Below are positions 26,843-31,955 of a stretch of DNA of 31,955 nt, piece after piece (the first letter of the stretch is position 1; each line of letters begins with the position of its first letter). The translations under genes were made by a program, and so were the position numbers. Source of the DNA: a virus (Duplodnaviria > Caudoviricetes). Under the pieces are notes generated by a model. It ran no database searches, was not told the origin of the DNA, and saw only the letters and a list, made by a program, of their open reading frames with translations. Location: the IMG/VR virus record IMGVR_UViG_3300020109_000084, positions 1 to 31,955 of that record. The stretch is one strand, 5' to 3'.

Positions 26843-28078
26843 ATGGCTAAGCAACTAGTTGGTATTGGCACTACAGCAAATGACAACACTGGAGATACTC
26901 TTCGTGCTGGTGCTTCTAAATGGAATTCAAACTTTGACGAATTGTATACTGCTCTTGGAAATGGATCAACCTTACAGGTGAGCGTTACTAGTGCAGCTAC
27001 TGGTCAAGTATTGAGATATAATGGATCTTCATTTGTTGCAACCGATTTTTCCCAATTGACTGCAAACTTAGATACTAATAATAGATTAATTACATCCACT
27101 GGAAATAATAGTGTTACCATCGATCCAGCTGGTACTGGTGGATTATCAATTATACACGGAGGTGTAACAAGCTCTTTTGGTGGCACCACTGGTGCAATAA
27201 TTGATTTTCCAACAAAGGTAAAATATAGAAACGAATACGCATCACTAGCAGCTGCTCCACCAGCAACAGGAACAGGTGTTGCTTATAGGGGATACTTTTA
27301 TACAGTTAGTGGGGACGATAATCCATATGTAAACATTAATATTACTAGTGGTGGCGTTGGAAATGTAAAAGCTAAAGTTTTAACAGAATATTCAAGTATC
27401 AATCTTCTTAAAGATGTTGATACTGTCACGGCCGCACCTACTACTGGCCAAGTTTTAAAATGGAGTGGCAGTAATTGGGCTCCCGCCGCTGATAATGCTG
27501 GTGTTGGTTCTGTTAATGTATTTGCAACTGTTGCTGCAGATAGCGGATCTACAACTGCTAATACTCCAACTGATACACTAACGATTACTGGCGGCACTAG
27601 TATTGCAACCATAATCAGTGGTGATACGTTAACAATCAATTTTGATGGCACTATTATTTCTACATTTAATTCTCTAAATGATGTTGCTATTACAACTCCT
27701 GCTCAAGGAGACAATTTATATTGGAATGGGACTGATTGGGTTGTAAGTCGTAGTCCAATGATTTGGTGGGACTTATCAGCATCACTAAGCAATCATTACA
27801 CTTTTAGTGGACCAGGATTTTCTGCGCCAACGGAGGATCCAACAATTTATGTACATAGAGGATTTACCTATGCATTTGATAATTCTACAAATGGTGGCGC
27901 ACATCCATTTAGAATACAGTCAACTCAAGGTTTAAATGGAGTGCCATATACAACGGGGCAATCTGGATCTGGCACGAATGTTTTATACTGGACTGTGCCA
28001 ATGGATTCACCAGCAACTCTATATTATCAATGCACTATTCATTCATTGATGAATGGCACAATCAACGTAGTACAATAA
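26843..28078 (+). CDS. gp9: gp9/gp10-like baseplate tail-fibre connector with C-terminal cupredoxin-like domain (411 aa)
   Basis: N-terminal MAKQLVGIGTTANDNTGDTLRAGASKWNSNFDELY is the T4 gp9/gp10-type motif. Fibre motifs GQVLRYNG, GQVLKWSG and GDNLYWNG follow, and the C-terminus reads HPFRI...LYYQCTIHSLMNG. Confidence 0.75.
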   Translation: MAKQLVGIGTTANDNTGDTLRAGASKWNSNFDELYTALGNGSTLQVSVTSAATGQVLRYNGSSFVATDFSQLTANLDTNNRLITSTGNNSVTIDPAGTGGLSIIHGGVTSSFGGTTGAIIDFPTKVKYRNEYASLAAAPPATGTGVAYRGYFYTVSGDDNPYVNINITSGGVGNVKAKVLTEYSSINLLKDVDTVTAAPTTGQVLKWSGSNWAPAADNAGVGSVNVFATVAADSGSTTANTPTDTLTITGGTSIATIISGDTLTINFDGTIISTFNSLNDVAITTPAQGDNLYWNGTDWVVSRSPMIWWDLSASLSNHYTFSGPGFSAPTEDPTIYVHRGFTYAFDNSTNGGAHPFRIQSTQGLNGVPYTTGQSGSGTNVLYWTVPMDSPATLYYQCTIHSLMNGTINVVQ

Positions 28079-28088
28079 TATAATATAA

Positions 28089-31000
28089 ATGGCAAGAGTT
28101 ATACCTGGATCTGGAGCTGTAATTGAGCCAATCTTCAATGAAGTATTTGGTGTAAAATCCATTAAAATTGTGGATGGCGGATCGGAATATGATCCATTAG
28201 ATCCACCAAAATTGACCATCACTGGATGTGGAGTGCCTATTGAAGAAGCTGTTTTGTATCCAATTATAGATGCAGATTCTGGAAAAATTACTCATGTGCG
28301 AGTATTGGAATCTGGGTTGGGGTATGATCCATTAAGAATAGTTATTACCCCACTTTCAGATACACCAGATGTTGTTAATACTTTTGATATTAATCGCATA
28401 TGGCAATCACATCCAAATTCTATAACATCTGCAGAGTTTGATGAAGTCGATCAAAAATTGACAGATAGACTAACCATTTTAAGTGATAATGATCCTAAAC
28501 CAGCCGATATTGCTGATGGTGCTCAAAGATCAAACGATGAAGATGATAGAGTATTAGAAGATAGAGAATTTAATCAAACTTTCATTTATAGAGGTGGGAA
28601 AAATGTACCATCCAATCCAGATGATCGATTAGACCAAAGAGATAAATCCGTAGGCATTTTAGCAAATGGAGTTTTACTACACACACCAAATTTTGGAAGT
28701 TTTGGTGATACTCCAGTCAACTTTAATGTTGATACTGTAAAGCATAACTATCTCCTCACTCAAGATGAATATGACGGTGTTATAGAAGATCAAACATATT
28801 TTCATCAAAGCAGTAAATTAATAACTCAATTTAGAGAAACTAATGGTGTTTTTGAAAATGGATTCATTCAACCTTTTGAGTGGTTGATAAAAGTAGAATT
28901 CGATAACATTATGGTCAGTGTAACTAACGTTGATCAGAGTGTTGGTGCAATTTCAATTGGTAGCACATTTAATCTTGTCGGCAAAAATGCAAGTGCTGAA
29001 GTTGCTAAAATTATCAAAAATAATCAAAATCAAATAATTAGATTATATTTAAGAAATGTACAGGGTATATTTTTAAAAAATGATAGTGCCCGTGGTATTA
29101 ATGGATTCTTTTTCAAAATTTCTGATCATCCAATTGCTTTTCCAGAAGGATTATTTTATATAAATTTTCAAGATGAAGCTGAAGAATTTGGTAATTTTGA
29201 AAACAATAAGTTCTATCTTGCACCATCAGACATCAAACTAAAGTCTGGTTACCAGATAATTTGGAATCAAAGTCATCCATCTAATGCACAAGACACAGGA
29301 GATCATCATGATGATCATCATAGTGGTCATCCAATGGAGTTTAGTAAAACTCCAGAAGGTCCAAATAATCCAATTCCAGGAGAAGTATATACGACTAATC
29401 CTGATGGTGTTCCCGTTGCTGATTATGAGCAAACTTTTAAACCAATTTTCACAATGGTTGCTGGTGAAACGGGACCAGTTTACTATTACTGTGCACATCA
29501 TCCATATATGTCTGGATATACTGGTGATGAAGGTTATATGTCATTGGACCCAGATCCAGACACTAGTCCAATAATTAATGATTATTATGTATCAACATAC
29601 TATATCTCCAATTTATCGCCAGACTATTCAAGACATCCAGATGGACATTCTAAAATTGTGGGAATGTCTTTTGATGGATATCCAATATACGGTCCATGGG
29701 GACGAGACGAATCTGGAGTAATTAAAAAATTATCTCCATCGTATAGATTTAGAGTAGGTTTGGAAGTATTTGCTACTAGACCAAGAATATCCAATGATTT
29801 ACTTGATATTGAGTATGAAGTAACAGTTTCCAATAATCGTTTTTATATTGATGGAGATTTATTAGAATTTATTACTTTAGATCGAGGTGCAACATATACT
29901 TTTGATCAAAGTGATTCATCAAACGATAGTGAGTTTTTACTATTTTCTACTACTGAAGATGGGTGGCATGTTGGATCTCCACCAATAATAGGAAATTTAG
30001 ACTATCTATATACTGATGGAATTGTATATTATCTAGATGGAGATGAAGTTACATATTCCCAATATCTATCTGGATTTAATGGAGCATCTGTAAGAAAAAT
30101 TCAGATTATACCAACTGTAGATTCTTCATCTGTATTATATATTTTTGCATATACTACTCCTGGTCTGGGATTACGCTCAGTTCAAGAAGGATATGCTTTA
30201 GGTGACTTTGTTGAAGACTATATTTTTGATGCTACTGTTGGAGATTTGGATGAATTCAACGGTAAATATGGTCCAACACCAGAATATCCAAATGGAACAT
30301 ATGCTTACTTTCTAACTGAGAATGTATCTGGAGATCCAACATATCCCTATAATATAGGACCAAAATTTTATGGGGCACCTATATTTGAAGGTGATGAGGT
30401 TACCAATTTACCAGTGGAATTTGCTAATGGTGCAGCAGCAAAAGTAATTCTTGATGACACTGGTGGTGTTGATTACATCACTATGAAACGTCCTGGTGAT
30501 GCCTATTTTGGATCAACAACAGCTCAAGTGCTTGGTGGAGAAGGAACTGGTGCTAAAGTCACACCAGCTGTCCAAAGTGTTACTGGTTTATCCTTGTTGA
30601 ATAGGGGGCAAAATTATGCCACACCCCCAACAATCATTTTTGAAGGTGGGGGAAATGGTACTGGGGCAAGAGGTAGTGCCAAAATAGATACAACTGGAAA
30701 AGTTACCAGTATTAGTGTAAATGATCCTGGAGAATATTATCAAGATCCCCCATATGTCCTAATCACTGGAGGCGGAGGAATTGGCGCTAAAGCTATTGCA
30801 ACAGTATCACAGGGAAAAGTAACTGAAATTACAGTGACAGATCCTGGTGTTGGATATATATCTCTACCGCAAGTTGTATTTACCAAACTAGTTTCTCTAA
30901 AGAGAAAGATTAGGACTCGTCAGTCTTTTAATTCCAAATCTGCATTTCTTATTGGACTCCTACAGTCGGTTACTTCAAGTCAAGGAACGATTTATGTCAA

Positions 31001-31955
31001 TTCGACAAATTCTCTCCCTGGATCTGGCACAATCCGTTTGAATAATGAAATAATCACATATTCCTCAAAGAGTAGGCAGAAATTGACTGGTGTTACTAGA
31101 GGAACTAATTTTAGATATGATCAACGTGTTGTCCTAGACGATACTCAAAATGATTCCAATGGAAAATCTCTTTATGAGTATAATGTTGGGGATAGAATTG
31201 TAAGAAAAATTGAAAACTCCACTAGTAAATCTGCGAAAGTATATGATTGGAATCCACAAACAAAAGAATTATATGTGACATTCCAAGTCGATGATCTGGC
31301 ATTTATTGATGCGGGGATCCCATCGACTGAAGATTCTATCGTGCAATTTGATGCAGGAGTAGCAGATTCCTCACCCCTTGCAGTTTTACCACATACTGTT
31401 ATTACTGAAGTTGGTAGTAGTATAACTTTACTAACCTCTCCAATTAGTGTCCTGGTTGATAAAAAATTTGAGGATGATGATGAACTAGATGGTGCTGGAG
31501 ATGGTATTCCAGACTTAATTAATACTAACACTGATTATGCTGGACAGATTAGTTTAGATGGTGGAATCTATTCAAGTTTGTATGGTATTGAAGAGACACT
31601 TGGAGGTACTAATACCACTCTATTCCAAGTTGGTGATCAAATTAAAGACGCGGCAATTCCATTTAAATATGCAACTATTGTGGAAGCTGGTCAGTTAAGT
31701 GAAGGTATTTCCCATGCAGCTATTGTTAATATTTACTTGGATGGAAATTTTGGAAATGGACAAAATTATACTGTTAATGAAACTGTTACGGGTGATGAGT
31801 CTGGTGTGAAAGCAACGGTAGTTTCTTGGAATACCACAACTGGATTACTACAAGTGCAAAATATAATACCATTCAATACTGGTAATACAAATATTGGAAT
31901 TGCTGGATATTTTTATAGTTTTTCGGATAGAGGCACATTAGTTGATGTTGTAATT
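28089..31955 (+). CDS. Large virion structural protein with YHYH-like and cupredoxin-like domains (partial, >1289 aa; MARVIPGSGAVIEPIFN...)
   Basis: By hand translation the frame is open from ATG 28089 to the window end; it is absent from the track because there is no stop. It contains HSKIVGMSFDGYPIYGPWG, GDLDEFNG...TPEYPNGTYAYF, YYYCAHHPYMSG and G-x-G-Y repeats. Confidence 0.9.
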   Translation, partial: MARVIPGSGAVIEPIFNEVFGVKSIKIVDGGSEYDPLDPPKLTITGCGVPIEEAVLYPIIDADSGKITHVRVLESGLGYDPLRIVITPLSDTPDVVNTFDINRIWQSHPNSITSAEFDEVDQKLTDRLTILSDNDPKPADIADGAQRSNDEDDRVLEDREFNQTFIYRGGKNVPSNPDDRLDQRDKSVGILANGVLLHTPNFGSFGDTPVNFNVDTVKHNYLLTQDEYDGVIEDQTYFHQSSKLITQFRETNGVFENGFIQPFEWLIKVEFDNIMVSVTNVDQSVGAISIGSTFNLVGKNASAEVAKIIKNNQNQIIRLYLRNVQGIFLKNDSARGINGFFFKISDHPIAFPEGLFYINFQDEAEEFGNFENNKFYLAPSDIKLKSGYQIIWNQSHPSNAQDTGDHHDDHHSGHPMEFSKTPEGPNNPIPGEVYTTNPDGVPVADYEQTFKPIFTMVAGETGPVYYYCAHHPYMSGYTGDEGYMSLDPDPDTSPIINDYYVSTYYISNLSPDYSRHPDGHSKIVGMSFDGYPIYGPWGRDESGVIKKLSPSYRFRVGLEVFATRPRISNDLLDIEYEVTVSNNRFYIDGDLLEFITLDRGATYTFDQSDSSNDSEFLLFSTTEDGWHVGSPPIIGNLDYLYTDGIVYYLDGDEVTYSQYLSGFNGASVRKIQIIPTVDSSSVLYIFAYTTPGLGLRSVQEGYALGDFVEDYIFDATVGDLDEFNGKYGPTPEYPNGTYAYFLTENVSGDPTYPYNIGPKFYGAPIFEGDEVTNLPVEFANGAAAKVILDDTGGVDYITMKRPGDAYFGSTTAQVLGGEGTGAKVTPAVQSVTGLSLLNRGQNYATPPTIIFEGGGNGTGARGSAKIDTTGKVTSISVNDPGEYYQDPPYVLITGGGGIGAKAIATVSQGKVTEITVTDPGVGYISLPQVVFTKLVSLKRKIRTRQSFNSKSAFLIGLLQSVTSSQGTIYVNSTNSLPGSGTIRLNNEIITYSSKSRQKLTGVTRGTNFRYDQRVVLDDTQNDSNGKSLYEYNVGDRIVRKIENSTSKSAKVYDWNPQTKELYVTFQVDDLAFIDAGIPSTEDSIVQFDAGVADSSPLAVLPHTVITEVGSSITLLTSPISVLVDKKFEDDDELDGAGDGIPDLINTNTDYAGQISLDGGIYSSLYGIEETLGGTNTTLFQVGDQIKDAAIPFKYATIVEAGQLSEGISHAAIVNIYLDGNFGNGQNYTVNETVTGDESGVKATVVSWNTTTGLLQVQNIIPFNTGNTNIGIAGYFYSFSDRGTLVDVVI

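Noticed and set aside
28084-28091. TATAAATG as a late promoter for the last ORF
   Set aside because: It mismatches at the last position and overlaps the start codon, so a transcript from it would omit the ATG.
29301-29321. Perfect 16-bp and 14-bp DNA palindromes (GATCATCATGATGATC; ATGATGATCATCAT)
   Set aside because: They are adequately explained by GAT/CAT codons of the DHHDDHH peptide, with no evidence of an independent DNA role.
2598-31531. The many 60-133-aa antisense or alternate-frame ORFs inside the structural genes
   Set aside because: They are expected by-products of Gly/Thr/Ser/Val-rich coding, with no promoters, RBS or recognisable motifs.
7459-31955. Diversity-generating retroelement, intron, intein or invertible segment in the fibre-like genes
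   Set aside because: I saw no reverse transcriptase, recombinase, homing-endonuclease or intein motifs, no frame breaks, and no near-identical nucleotide TR/VR pair by eye. A self dot-plot would be needed to exclude this fully.
26806-31955. Absence of gp8 directly after gp7
   Set aside because: Gene order varies in T4-like cyanophages and gp8 may lie beyond the window, so absence cannot be claimed.
1-31955. tRNA, rRNA or CRISPR arrays
   Set aside because: I saw no cloverleaf, rRNA-like or repeat-spacer patterns in the few intergenic regions.

Overview
This is a 32-kb segment of a T4-like myovirus genome, most likely a cyanophage (Kyanoviridae-type), judged by gene order and by the cyanophage-style proteins and regulatory motifs. 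All credible genes are on the + strand. Bases 1-~850 are the end of a GC-richer, early-type cassette: two small ORFs, sigma70-like promoters and a compact H-type RNA pseudoknot. A structured non-coding junction (~753-1036) follows. The AT-rich structural module then runs: acidic AbrB/MazE-fold mini-protein, small hypothetical, 842-aa virion protein, expanded PAAR spike tip (gp5.4-like), two small conserved ORFs, gp25, gp6, a 6448-aa gp7-like multidomain protein, a gp9-like protein ending in a cupredoxin-like domain, and a >1289-aa YHYH/cupredoxin virion protein that runs off the window end. The strongest unexplained signals are: (i) window-wide, both-strand depletion of GAAC/GTTC with compensating synonymous codon pairs; (ii) an intergenic pseudoknot that may be a decoy antitoxin RNA; (iii) intact type-1 copper ligand sets on two adjacent putative virion proteins; (iv) a reelin-like Asp-box domain inside gp7; (v) a promoter/hairpin/A-tract junction that could be an origin or ncRNA. 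All assignments come from reading motifs by eye; no database searches or computed counts were run.
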